The notes under the pieces were generated by a model. That model had not been told where the DNA came from. It did not search any database and saw nothing but the letters and a program-made list of their open reading frames with translations. From an uncultured Chloroflexia bacterium (GTDB lineage Bacteria; Chloroflexota; Limnocylindria; Limnocylindrales; CSP1-4): a stretch of DNA of 64,000 nt. The position numbers and the translations under genes were made by a program. Below, piece by piece: positions 19,506-29,800 of the stretch (positions are counted from its first letter, which is position 1; each line of letters begins with the position of its first letter). Where the stretch lies: positions 64,001-128,000 of the forward strand of contig CAVVCZ010000004.1 in the NCBI GenBank assembly GCA_963746845.1, given 5' to 3'.

Positions 19506-20243
19506 TCAGCCGAGACGGGCCTCCGCCGCCAGGGACGCCAGCTCCAGCGCCAGCTCCGCGCCGCGTCCGGCGTCGTCGTGGCGGAAGTAGACGAGCGCGT
19601 CGACGCCGTCCGCGAGGAACGGCTCCAGCCGATCGAGCCACCGCCGGAGCTCGTCGGGCGGATAGTCGGGCCGCCGGAGCCGGAGATAGAGCAGGGACCC
19701 CGTCCGCCGGATCGTCAAGGGCTCGTCGGCGTCGGGCAGGTCCGTCGTGACGAGCGCCGCCCCCGCGTCCGACAGCGTGGCGAACGTCTCGTCGACGTGC
19801 CACGACGCGTCCTGGAACTCCATCGCGAGGGGCAGGTCGCGCGGCCACGCGGCCAGCATCGCGGCGAGGCGGTCGTCGTCGCGCGGCACGCCCTCGGGGA
19901 CACGGAAGAGGACGGTCCCCAGCCGGTCGCCGAACCGCAGTAGCGGCGTCGTCAGCCAGGGGACGCTCTCGATCGGGTCCACCCGGATCGCGCGCCACGA
20001 CCCGCCCTTCTGGGCCTTGACCGCGAACCGGAAGTCGTCCGGCGTCGCGGCGAGCCAGCCGTCGATCGCGGCGGGCGTCGGGGTCCGGTAGAAGGTGTTG
20101 TTCAGCTCGACCGTCGACAGACGCGAGCCGTAGTGGCGGAGGAGGTCGCCGGACCGGAGCCCCGGCGGATAGAACCGGGGCGACCACGCCGGATACGCGA
20201 AGCCGCTCGTGCCCGTGCGCAGGCGTCCGCCCGCGGGGCTCAC
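19506..20243 (-). CDS. DUF72 protein
   Basis: GTSGFAYPAW..FYP, TVELNNTFYRTP, FAVKA. Confidence 0.9.
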   Translation of the reverse strand: MSPAGGRLRTGTSGFAYPAWSPRFYPPGLRSGDLLRHYGSRLSTVELNNTFYRTPTPAAIDGWLAATPDDFRFAVKAQKGGSWRAIRVDPIESVPWLTTPLLRFGDRLGTVLFRVPEGVPRDDDRLAAMLAAWPRDLPLAMEFQDASWHVDETFATLSDAGAALVTTDLPDADEPLTIRRTGSLLYLRLRRPDYPPDELRRWLDRLEPFLADGVDALVYFRHDDAGRGAELALELASLAAEARLG

Positions 20244-20267
20244 CTGCCGGACCGCCCGGTCACCGGC

Positions 20268-20813
20268 TCACGCCTCGGCGGGAGGGCACCCCTCGTGGCT
20301 CGACCGGCCGTCGGTGGCGAGCGGCGACGCGACGCGGCCCAGGCTCGCCTCGAGCGACGCGAGCTCGGCGGCGTCGAGACGATCGAGGAAATAGGTCCGA
20401 ACCCCATCCAGGTGGGTCCGGCCGGCGGCGCGCAGCCGCTCCAGCCCGGCCGGCGTCAGGAGCGCCTCCTGGCCGCGGGCATCGGTCTCGCACGCGATCC
20501 GTTCGAGGCAGCCCTGCCCTTCGAGCCGATCGACGAGCCGCGTGATCCCGCTGCGCGAGAGGATCACCCGCTCCGCGAGGACGTTCATCCGGATCCGCCG
20601 GCCCGGGGTCGTCGCGACCTGGAGCAGGGCGTCGTACTCCGCGAGGGACAGGCCGTGGGCCGCCTGCAGCTCGTCGTCGAGCCGCCGCGTGATCCGGGCG
20701 TGCGCCTCGAGGAAGTTGCGCCACGCCTCGATCCCGGGTGGGTTCGCGACGCCAGCGCTGCCGCGACCCGCGGCGACGGGCGCGGGACGGGTGGGGGCGG
20801 CCGAACCGGACAT
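20268..20813 (-). CDS. MarR family regulator
   Basis: GLSLAEYDAL..LSRSGITRLVDRLE..DARG..LT. Confidence 0.9.
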   Translation of the reverse strand: MSGSAAPTRPAPVAAGRGSAGVANPPGIEAWRNFLEAHARITRRLDDELQAAHGLSLAEYDALLQVATTPGRRIRMNVLAERVILSRSGITRLVDRLEGQGCLERIACETDARGQEALLTPAGLERLRAAGRTHLDGVRTYFLDRLDAAELASLEASLGRVASPLATDGRSSHEGCPPAEA

Positions 20814-20835
20814 GGTCGAATCGTACCCTTCCCGG

Positions 20836-20859
20836 AGATCGTTGACAACTCAACGATCT
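20836..20859. promoter_or_regulatory. Probable MarR operator (10-4-10 palindrome)
   Basis: AGATCGTTGA-CAAC-TCAACGATCT between divergent genes; contains TTGACA. Confidence 0.7.
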
Positions 20860-20899
20860 TCGTCAGGCTACGATCGGGGCCACGCCAGCCGAGGTTCCC

Positions 20900-22174
20900 A
20901 TGGCCACCTTCGACGTCGACACCCTTCGTCGCCGCTTCCCGGCCCTCGCGATCGAGGACGGCGGCCGGCCGGTCGCCCTGTTCGACGGCCCGGGCGGCAC
21001 GCAGGTCCCGGAGTCGGTCATCGACGCGATCGCCGCGTACTACCGGACCGCGAACGCGAACCACGACGGCGCGTTCCTGACGAGCCGCCGGAGCGACGCG
21101 TCGGTCCACGAGGCGCATCGGGCGATGGCCGACATGCTCGGGGCCACGGATGCGTCCGAGATCAAGTTCGGCGCGAACATGACGTCGCTGACGTTCCACG
21201 TCAGCCGCTCGATCGGCGCGACGATGGCGCCCGGCGACGAGATCGTCGTGACGATCCTCGACCACGAGGGGAACGTCGGGCCGTGGAAGGCGATCGCGGC
21301 CGACCGGGGGCTCGTCGTGAAGACGCTCGACATCCGCGAGGCGGACTGCACGCTCGCGCTCGACCAGCTCGACGGGTTGCTCTCGGATCGGACCCGGCTC
21401 GTCGCGGTGGGCTGGGCGTCGAACGCGGTCGGGACGATCAACCCGGTTGCGGAGATCGTGCGGCGGGCGCATGCCGCCGGCGCCTGGACGTACCTCGACG
21501 CCGTCCACGCGGCGCCTCACCTGCCGATCGACGTCCGCGCCGTCGGCACGGACTTCCTCGCCTGCTCGACCTACAAGTTCTTCGGGCCGCACGCGGGCGT
21601 CCTCTACGGGCGCGCCGAGATCCTCGACCGGCTGCCGGCGTACAAGCTCCGGCCGGCGGAGGACCGGTTCGAAACCGGGACGGGCAACTTCGAGGGGCTG
21701 AACGGGGTCACCGCGGCGGTCGAGTACCTGGCGGACGTGGGGTCCGCCTACGGTGACGCGCCTGCGGGCGCCGGGCGGCGCGAGCGGGTGATCGCCGGGA
21801 TGACCGCGATCCGCGCCTACGAGATGGGCCTCTATCGCCGGCTCGTCGATGGCCTCGAGGCGATCCCGGGGCTCAGGCTGTACGGGATCACGGATCGGTC
21901 CCGGTTCGACGATCGAACGCCGACGGCGGCACTCCGCCTCGAAGGTGTCGCCCCGCGCGCGGTGGCCGAGGCGCTCGGTGCCGAGGGGATCGCGGTCTGG
22001 GACGGCGACTTCTACGCGACCGGCCTGATGGAGCGGCTCGGCCTGCTCGACCGCGGCGGCGTCGTCCGGATCGGGCTGACCCACTACAACACGGCGGGGG
22101 AGATCGATCGGCTGGTCGAGGCGCTCGGGCGGATCGCGGCCGGCGCGCGGCCCGTCGGATCCAGCGTCGGTTAG
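20900..22174 (+). CDS. Cysteine desulfurase-like class V PLP enzyme (VC1184 type)
   Basis: FDGPGGTQVP, DHEGNV.PW, DAVH, STYKFFGPH, FETGT. Confidence 0.9.
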   Translation: MATFDVDTLRRRFPALAIEDGGRPVALFDGPGGTQVPESVIDAIAAYYRTANANHDGAFLTSRRSDASVHEAHRAMADMLGATDASEIKFGANMTSLTFHVSRSIGATMAPGDEIVVTILDHEGNVGPWKAIAADRGLVVKTLDIREADCTLALDQLDGLLSDRTRLVAVGWASNAVGTINPVAEIVRRAHAAGAWTYLDAVHAAPHLPIDVRAVGTDFLACSTYKFFGPHAGVLYGRAEILDRLPAYKLRPAEDRFETGTGNFEGLNGVTAAVEYLADVGSAYGDAPAGAGRRERVIAGMTAIRAYEMGLYRRLVDGLEAIPGLRLYGITDRSRFDDRTPTAALRLEGVAPRAVAEALGAEGIAVWDGDFYATGLMERLGLLDRGGVVRIGLTHYNTAGEIDRLVEALGRIAAGARPVGSSVG

Positions 22175-22192
22175 CGATCCCGGGAACCGGCC

Positions 22193-23368
22193 GTGACCGC
22201 GCCCGACGTCGCGATCATCGGCGGCGGGATCGCCGGGACGTCGACGGCCGCCTACCTCGCCCGGGCCGGCCTGTCCGTCGTGCTCCACGAGCGGACGGCG
22301 ATCGCGGCCGGCGCGTCCGGCCGGAACTCGGGTGTCGTCCAGCATCCGCGTGACTGGGTCCTGGCCGAGCTGTACGAGCGAACGATCCGCGCCTACCGCG
22401 AGCTCGAGACCCTCACCGACGCCGGGTTCCGGCTGGGAGCTCGACCGGCCGGGCTGCTCCTGCTCGGTCGGGACGAACCGGTGGTCCGCGGCGCCGTCGA
22501 GTGGTGGGCACGCGCCTGGCCGGAGACCGAGGCGGAGCTCCTTGGGCCGCCATGGCTCCGCTCGGTCGAGCCCGAGCTCGCGCCGGACCTCCACGCCTGC
22601 CGCCTGGACATCGGCTACCCCGTCGCGCCCAGTGCGGCCACCGAGGCGTTCTGGCAGGTCGCGTCGCGGCACGGGGCGACGCTGCGTCTCGGCCATGATG
22701 CGACGCCCGCGATCGAGCGCGGCCACGTCACCGGGGTCCTGGTCGACGGGGTGCTCGAACCCGCCGGGCGGGTCGTCGTTGCCGCGGGTCCCTGGACGCC
22801 GGCCGTCGTGGACCCGACGGGATCCTGGCGACCGATCGTGCCGATGTGGGGCGTCGTCGCGAGCGTCGAGCTGGCGCGAGCCCCGCGTCACGCCCTCGAG
22901 TCGATCGACATCGAGGGGGACCCCGACGACGATGACGAGGGTCCTGCGCCCGTGCTGGCCGAGGACACCCTGCTGGTCCCGCCGGCGGACGACGCCGGGG
23001 TCGACTTCAGCCTCGTCCCGGCGGATCGCACAAGCTCCCTGGGTTCGACGTTCCTCCGGGATGAGCCGGACGCGCCGACATGGGTCCCGGCGCTCCAGCG
23101 GATCGGCGCCCGCTACGTCCCCGCGATCGCTGACGCCCCGGTGGTGGGGCTCCGCCACTGCGCCCGCCCGTTCGTCCGCGACGAGCGGCCGCTGATCGGG
23201 CCGGCGGGCTGGGTCGACGGGCTGTGGATCCTCGCGGGCCACGGGCTGTGGGGGATCTCGACGGGGCCGGGGTCCGCACGGATGCTCGTCGACGCGATGC
23301 TCGGGGGAGAGCTCGATCGGTTGGCCCTCTCCCTGAACCCCAACCGGTTCGGCGCGCCGGGCGCCTGA
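22193..23368 (+). CDS. FAD-dependent oxidoreductase, DAO/DadA family
   Basis: IIGGGIAG, ASGRNSG, AAGPW, RP..DERPLIG, GHG.WG. Confidence 0.88.
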   Translation: MTAPDVAIIGGGIAGTSTAAYLARAGLSVVLHERTAIAAGASGRNSGVVQHPRDWVLAELYERTIRAYRELETLTDAGFRLGARPAGLLLLGRDEPVVRGAVEWWARAWPETEAELLGPPWLRSVEPELAPDLHACRLDIGYPVAPSAATEAFWQVASRHGATLRLGHDATPAIERGHVTGVLVDGVLEPAGRVVVAAGPWTPAVVDPTGSWRPIVPMWGVVASVELARAPRHALESIDIEGDPDDDDEGPAPVLAEDTLLVPPADDAGVDFSLVPADRTSSLGSTFLRDEPDAPTWVPALQRIGARYVPAIADAPVVGLRHCARPFVRDERPLIGPAGWVDGLWILAGHGLWGISTGPGSARMLVDAMLGGELDRLALSLNPNRFGAPGA

Positions 23369-23426
23369 CGCCAGCCCCGCCCGCAACGGTCGTCGGGAGA
23401 GCCGTTCCGCCGCGTATCCTCGGCGG

Positions 23427-24299
23427 GTGATCCCGACCCAGCTTCGCGTCGGCACCCGCAGCTCGACCGCGCCCCTGCGCGACGTCCTCGTCAAGCGGCC
23501 CGGGCCAGCGTTCGGCTGCGCCTTCGACGATCCGGCCCACGGCTTCCTCCGCCCGGTCGACCTCGCCGCCGCCCAGCGCGAGCACGATGGGCTCGTCGCG
23601 GTCCTCGACGGGCTCGGCGTCCGCGTCCACGCCCTCGACCACGAGCCGGCCGCCGATCCGGACCTGTGCTACGTCTTCGACCCGCTCCTGATCGGACCGG
23701 ACGGCGCGATCCCGCTCCGCCCCGGCAAGCCGAACCGGGCCGACGAGCCGGACGTCCTCGCCCGCTGGCTCGTCGAGCGGGGTGTCCCGATCAGCGGCCG
23801 GATCGAGGCGCCCGGCACGGTCGAGGGCGGGGACACGATCTGGCTGCGTGACGACCTGTTCGTGATCGGCCGAACGCTCCGGACGAATGACGCGGGTGCG
23901 CGGCAGCTCGCCGCGATCGTGGGTGGTGACACGCGGATCGTCGACGTCCCGTACTGGAAGGGGCCCGCGGAGCTCGTCCACCTGATGTCCGTGATCTCGC
24001 CGGTCAGCGACGATCTCGCCGTCGTGTTCCTGCCGCTGCTGCCCACGGGGCTCTGGGAATGGCTCGGGGACCTCAGGATCCGGCTCGTGCAGGTGCCCGA
24101 GGAGGAGTACCCGACCCTCGGCTGCAACGTGCTGGCGGTCCGGCCGGGCGTCGTGGTCGTGGCGGATGGCAACCGGGTCACGCGGCGTGGGCTCGAGGCG
24201 GTCGGCGTCGAGGTCCACGGAGTTCCGCTCCGCGAGGTCGGCGAGAACGGTTCGGGCGGGGTGACCTGCCTGACCCGGCCGCTGCTCCGCGAGGCGTGA
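23427..24299 (+). CDS. Amidinotransferase / dimethylarginine dimethylaminohydrolase family
   Basis: VEGGD, HLMS, LGCNVL, C-terminal catalytic GGVTCLT. Confidence 0.88.
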   Translation: MIPTQLRVGTRSSTAPLRDVLVKRPGPAFGCAFDDPAHGFLRPVDLAAAQREHDGLVAVLDGLGVRVHALDHEPAADPDLCYVFDPLLIGPDGAIPLRPGKPNRADEPDVLARWLVERGVPISGRIEAPGTVEGGDTIWLRDDLFVIGRTLRTNDAGARQLAAIVGGDTRIVDVPYWKGPAELVHLMSVISPVSDDLAVVFLPLLPTGLWEWLGDLRIRLVQVPEEEYPTLGCNVLAVRPGVVVVADGNRVTRRGLEAVGVEVHGVPLREVGENGSGGVTCLTRPLLREA

Positions 24300-25585
24300 A
24301 CCCGGAGACGGGCGTCGCGGCGGTCGCGGCCCTCGCCGACGCCAGCGCGGCCGCGGTCGATCGGACGGCTCTCGTCGACGAGCTCGTGGCGATCGTCCGG
24401 ATCCCGAGCATCACCGGCGCCGAGGAGGTCGTCGCCGGCGACCTCGCGTGGCGTCTCGCCGCGGCCGGCATGACCGTCGAGACGATGGCCCCGGACCCGG
24501 CCGCCGTCCGCGCCGACCCGGACTGGCCCGGCGAGGAGACGAACCGCACCAGCCTGCCGGTGGTGATCGGCCGGCTGGGTCCGACCGGGGGTCGCCGGCT
24601 TGTCCTGTCCGGTCACATGGACGTCGTCCCTCCGGGCGACCCAGCCACCTGGAGCGCCCGCCCGTGGAGCGGCGAGATCCGCGACGGCGCCCTGTACGGC
24701 CGTGGCGCCTGCGACATGAAGGGCGGCGTGGCCGCGATCCTCGCCGCCGTTCGCGCGCTCGTTGCGAGCGGCGCGGCCGAGCGCCTCGCCGGCGAGCTCG
24801 TCGTCGCGCTCGTCCCGGGCGAGGAGGACGGCGGCCAGGGCACGCTCGCCGCGATCCGGGCTGGTGCGACGGGCGATCTGGCGATCATCACGGAGCCGTC
24901 GAACCTCGACATCGTCGTCGCCCACGCCGGCGCGATCACGTTCCGCCTGACCGTGCCGGGTCGCGCCGCGCACGCGTCGCAGCGGCGCGAGGGGATCTCC
25001 GCGCTCGACAACCTGTACACCGTCCTCCGCGCGCTCGAGGCCGACGAGACGACCAGGAACGGCGCGGAGACCGACCCGCTGATGACGGTGCTCGGCCTCC
25101 CATACCCGACGATCGTCGGGATCGTGTCGGGTGGCGAGTGGGCGTCGACCGTCCTCGACCGGGTCGTGGCGGACGGGCGGTACGGAGTGCGGCTCGGGCA
25201 GACGCCCGCGGACGCGGCCGCCGACCTGCGGCGCGCGATCGACGCGGCCAATGCCGCCGACCCGTTCCTCCGCGACAACCCGGCGACCGTCGAGATCGTC
25301 GGCGGCCAGTTCGGGTCGGGTCGCGTGCCGTCGGACCATCCGCTGCCGGTCGGGCTCGCGGCGACGGTCGAAGCGGTCACCGGCCGTCGGCCGGCGCTCC
25401 TCGGCGAGCCATATGGCGCAGACATGCGCCTGTTCATCAACGTCGGCGACACGCCGTGCGTGATCTTCGGTCCGGGCGACGTGAAGGTCGCCCACAGCGC
25501 AGACGAGCACGTCCCGCTCGACGAGGTCGAGACCTGCGCACGCGTCCTCGCGGCGTGGGTCGTCCGGGAGCTTGGCGCCGCGTAG
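24296..25585 (+). CDS. ArgE/DapE family M20 deacylase
   Basis: SGHMDVVP, GRGACDMKGG, GEEDGG, GRAAHAS, AHSADEHV; GTGA overlap with previous stop. Confidence 0.9.
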   Translation: MNPETGVAAVAALADASAAAVDRTALVDELVAIVRIPSITGAEEVVAGDLAWRLAAAGMTVETMAPDPAAVRADPDWPGEETNRTSLPVVIGRLGPTGGRRLVLSGHMDVVPPGDPATWSARPWSGEIRDGALYGRGACDMKGGVAAILAAVRALVASGAAERLAGELVVALVPGEEDGGQGTLAAIRAGATGDLAIITEPSNLDIVVAHAGAITFRLTVPGRAAHASQRREGISALDNLYTVLRALEADETTRNGAETDPLMTVLGLPYPTIVGIVSGGEWASTVLDRVVADGRYGVRLGQTPADAAADLRRAIDAANAADPFLRDNPATVEIVGGQFGSGRVPSDHPLPVGLAATVEAVTGRRPALLGEPYGADMRLFINVGDTPCVIFGPGDVKVAHSADEHVPLDEVETCARVLAAWVVRELGAA

Positions 25586-25591
25586 GGATCG

Positions 25592-26860
25592 TCAGGCGGT
25601 CGACAGGACCCGGGTGAGCGCGCCCCGCCGAACCGTGAGGATCCACGCCGGGATCGCGACGAGGACCGCCCCGATGACCCCGAGCGCCGCATATCCCTCC
25701 GCGGCAACGAGGACGCCGGAGCCCAGCGATGCGATCGCCGCCGTGCTCCAGATCAGCGCGTCCGCCACGCCCTGGACGCGCGTCCGCTCCACGATCGAGA
25801 CGCCCCTGGTGAGCAGCGCGCTCCCGGCCACGTAGCCCAGGTTCCACCCGAACCCGAGCAGGAACAGGGCGACGAGCAGGACTCGGTCGTCCTCGACCGG
25901 CGCGGCCGCCGCCATCACGGCGGACACCGCCAGGACGGCCATGCCGCCGTAGATCACCGGCGGGCTCCCGAACCGATCCGTCAGCCGGCCGGAGATCGGC
26001 GCGAACGCGTACATCCCCGCGATATGCGCGCTCAGGACCAGGCCCACGGCCGACAGATCGTGCCCGTGGTCCGTCATGTGGAGGGGCGTCATCGTCATGA
26101 TCAGGACCATCACGAACTGGCTGATGACGAGGGCGATGATCGCGACCGACACCACCGGTCGGCGGAGGATCACCTTCATCGGCGAGGCCGGCTCGGTCGT
26201 GTCCACGGGCCGGCCGTGATGGTCGGCGAGATCGAACGGGTCGGGACGCAGACGGACGTACGAGAGGATCGCCGCGAGACCGACGAGCACGATCGGGACG
26301 AGGTACGGACCCGCGTGATGCGGCAGTCCCAGGGCCATCGCGACCTCGCTGCTCGGCCCGATGATGTTCGGCCCGATGATCGCCCCGACGGTCGCGGCCC
26401 AGACGACGGTCGACAGGGCGGAGGCGCGGCGCTCGGCCGGATACATGTCGGCGGCCGCGTAGCGCGACAGCTGGTTCGCGCTGTTCCCGAAGCCGATCAG
26501 GAGCGATCCGACCAGCAGCACCAGGAAGCTCGCCTCGACGATGCCGACGACGGCGATGAACGCCCCGAGGACCCCGATCCCGTAGCCGGCCACCAGGCCC
26601 GGCCGCCGACCGCGGCGGCTCATCAGCCACGACAGGACGGTGGCGCCGAGCGCCGCCCCGAGCACCACCGCTGCCGCCGGCGCACCGGCGAAGCTCGCCG
26701 ACCCGGTCATGTCCTTCGCCACGATCGTCGCGACGGTGATGGCGGCGATGTGTCCGGTGCTGCCGAGCGCGACGCCGCCGACGAGGGTCCAGACGGTCCG
26801 TCGCCGGAGGTGCTCGAGCTCGGACGCGGGGAGCTCCTGGATCGCGGCAGCCGACGACAT
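25592..26860 (-). CDS. MFS transporter
   Basis: About 12 TMs, motif A SRRGRRPG and GRLTDRFG; TATCCT 7 nt before ATG. Confidence 0.9.
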   Translation of the reverse strand: MSSAAAIQELPASELEHLRRRTVWTLVGGVALGSTGHIAAITVATIVAKDMTGSASFAGAPAAAVVLGAALGATVLSWLMSRRGRRPGLVAGYGIGVLGAFIAVVGIVEASFLVLLVGSLLIGFGNSANQLSRYAAADMYPAERRASALSTVVWAATVGAIIGPNIIGPSSEVAMALGLPHHAGPYLVPIVLVGLAAILSYVRLRPDPFDLADHHGRPVDTTEPASPMKVILRRPVVSVAIIALVISQFVMVLIMTMTPLHMTDHGHDLSAVGLVLSAHIAGMYAFAPISGRLTDRFGSPPVIYGGMAVLAVSAVMAAAAPVEDDRVLLVALFLLGFGWNLGYVAGSALLTRGVSIVERTRVQGVADALIWSTAAIASLGSGVLVAAEGYAALGVIGAVLVAIPAWILTVRRGALTRVLSTA

Positions 26861-26895
26861 CGCGGCGAGGATACGCGGGCGACGAGGGCCGGGAC

Positions 26896-29800
26896 TCAGA
26901 GTCCCAGCGTCAGCGGCCCGTCCGGCTCGGAGGGAGCCGCCCCAGCATCGACGACGGGTGGCCGTGCCGCTCCGCCCCCCGGACCCGTTCGGGCGACCTC
27001 GGCGAACCGGCACAAGGCGTTGGCGAGGCGCATCTGCTCGGGGTTGCGCGCCCGCACGCGCAGAAGATCGGGCGACAGGGCGACGACCGCGACACAGCGC
27101 GCCCGCGATGTCGCGACGTTCAGCCGGTGGCGGCTGTACAGGAAGTCCATGCCACGCGGCGCCAGGTCGGGGTTCGACGACGTCATCGAGTAGATGCTGA
27201 TGGGCGCCTCCTGGCCCTGGAACTTGTCGACGGTCCCGACGCGTGCCTTCGGTGCCACGCGCTGGATGGAGGCAACCTGGGCGTTGTACGGGGCGACGAT
27301 CAGGAGGTCGTCCCAGCTGATCGGCCGCTCGTCACCCTGGTCGTCGATCCAGCGCGCACCACCCTCGACCAGCCGACGCGCCAGCTCCCCAACTGCGGTC
27401 GCTTCCTCGGGCGACTCGTTGTCCGCGCCCACGGTCGGCGTCTCGAGGAGGCGTGGTCCGGTGCCGTCGACGAGCGACGCCCGCGCGATGGATCGCTGGA
27501 CCGCGAGATGGCTCTCCGGTTGCAGCCGGTCGTCATAGAAGACCTCGGACGTGTATGCGCAGAGGTCCGGGTGCAGGCGCCAGGTGGTCTCGAGGAACAG
27601 CCCTCGCTCCGGTGGCATCGTCCCCCGCCCGTCGAGGATGTGGGCCAGCGCGGATCGGTCCGCGCCGGGCGGGTGCGATCCCTGGAGGGGCTGGTCGAGC
27701 TGCTGGGGATCGCCGAGCAGCACGACGCTGGTTGTCGAGCGGGCCACAGCGATGACGTTCGCCAGTGCGATCTGGCCCGCCTCGTCGACGAACAGGACGT
27801 CGACGGCGTCGACCATCTTCGTCGACGCCCAGAGCCACGACGTGCCTGCCGCAAGGTTGCTCCGGCCGTCGTCGAGTCGGGCGCGGACATCCCCGTTGTC
27901 CTTGCCTCGCGCGACGGTGGGATCGTCGAGGACCTGCTCGGGCTTGCCCCGCTGGACGATCCGGAGCTCGACGGATCCGAAGCCGGGCGACGTCGGATCG
28001 AGGGCGGCCTTCTGGACCGACCGGATCATGTTGCCGATCACCTTGTGGCTTGTGCTCGTGATCCCGACCTTCTTCCCGTCGGCCAGCAGGGCGAGGATCA
28101 TCCGCGCCCCGGTGTACGTCTTCCCCGCGCCCGGGGGTCCCTGGATCGCGAGGGCCGATCGGTCAAGCGCTCGCGCGGTCCGGACGGCGGCATCCAGATC
28201 CGTCTCGTCCCGCAGCGACAGCGGAGCGCCCGGCGCCTGCCCGACCCGCGGCGGCACGTTCAGGAGCAGATCCCGGGCCGCTTGATGCGGACCGTCGCCC
28301 GCGATGTCGTGATCGACCACGTACTCGGCCAGCTCGACCAGCGAGGTCTGATGGTCGTTCGTCCGGAACCAGTTCAACGGGACGATCGCCCGAGGGTGGG
28401 CCCGATCGGCTGGGCGCCGGATGTCGATCGTGCCGGCCGCCTCGTTGATGGCGAGGACGTCCCCGGCGCCCCACGTGAACGGCGAATTGTTCTGGTGCTC
28501 CTGGGCCCACGCGGGGTTGTAGACCTCGCCTGAGCCGATGTCGAAGTCCTGGTCCGGGAACCGATACTGCCAGGTCTGCTTGCCGGTGCCGGGGTCGTCG
28601 AGCAGGGCAACCGGTTCGAGCAGGCCGATCGGCCCGGGTTCGTCGACGAGCTCCTCCGGGGTCAGCTCGAGCATCCACCGGAAGAACGACCACCACATCG
28701 ACCGTTCCTCGCGGCGGTGCCAGCCGAGCAGCTGGGCGAGCAGCCAGCGTGCGTGCTGTTCGGGGTCGCGATCGGCACGGTCCTCGGGGACGCCCTCGGC
28801 CAGCCGGTCGACGAAGCCCTGGACCCGGGCCCTCGCCTCCGTCAGGTCGGCCGGCAGCTCGCCCTCGCGCACGGTCGGGCGCGGGATGGATTGCCCGACG
28901 AGCGCCTGGAGCTCGAGTCGACGACCTTCGAGCCAGTCGCGCAGCTCCCGGTTGCTGACGACATCGTCCCGGTTGTATCGCTCGATTCGATCGAGGTGAT
29001 CCGATTCGGGACGCTCGCCCTCGCCGAGCTCGAGCCACTGTTCGAACGCAACGATGCTGGACCCGGCGTCCCGCAGGTCAACCTCGCGCTCGAACCCGTA
29101 GAACGCCTCCATCTTCTTGATCGAGTAGCTCTCGACCGACGCCCGCATCGACTGGCGGACGGCGCGGAGCAGGTCGATGAGCACGCCGCCGCGCAGGAGC
29201 TGGTCGACCTCGTCCTCGCGGGTGCCGTAGCGGCCCATCAGGCGCTTGAGCGCAGTCGGCTCGTACGCCGCGTAGTGATAGACGTGAAGCGTCGGGTCGG
29301 CCGCGAGACGCTCCATGACGAAGTCGATCAACTGCTCGAACGCCCGTCGCTCCCCGTCCAGCGAGAACTCGCCGTCCTCGTCGCGAGACCAGATGGCATG
29401 AAAGGTTCCCGCCGAGTCGAGAACCCCGAAGAGGTAGTCGAGACCGTCCTCGAACGCGTACGGATCCCCTTCGATGTCGAAGAACAGATCGCCCGGCGAG
29501 GGCTCCGGCAGCGTCGCGAGACCGCGATCGGGATCCACGGTCGCGCCCGGTCCGGGCAGCAGGAGCTCGTATCGATGGTCGTGGGCGAGGCGGCCCTCGA
29601 GCTGGATCCGGGCCTGTTCACGAACCCGCGTCAGCGCTCCGTCGCTCGTTTCCTCGAGCGGCGGCTCGAGCGGCAGACCGAGCCGGCCGAGCTCCGCGAG
29701 CGTGTCGACCCCACGTGCCGTCAGCTCGCGCCGTTGTCGGGCGGAGATCCCGGCGACCAGGCTGAGGTGATCGTCCTGCCGCCTCCGCGTCGCGCACTCG

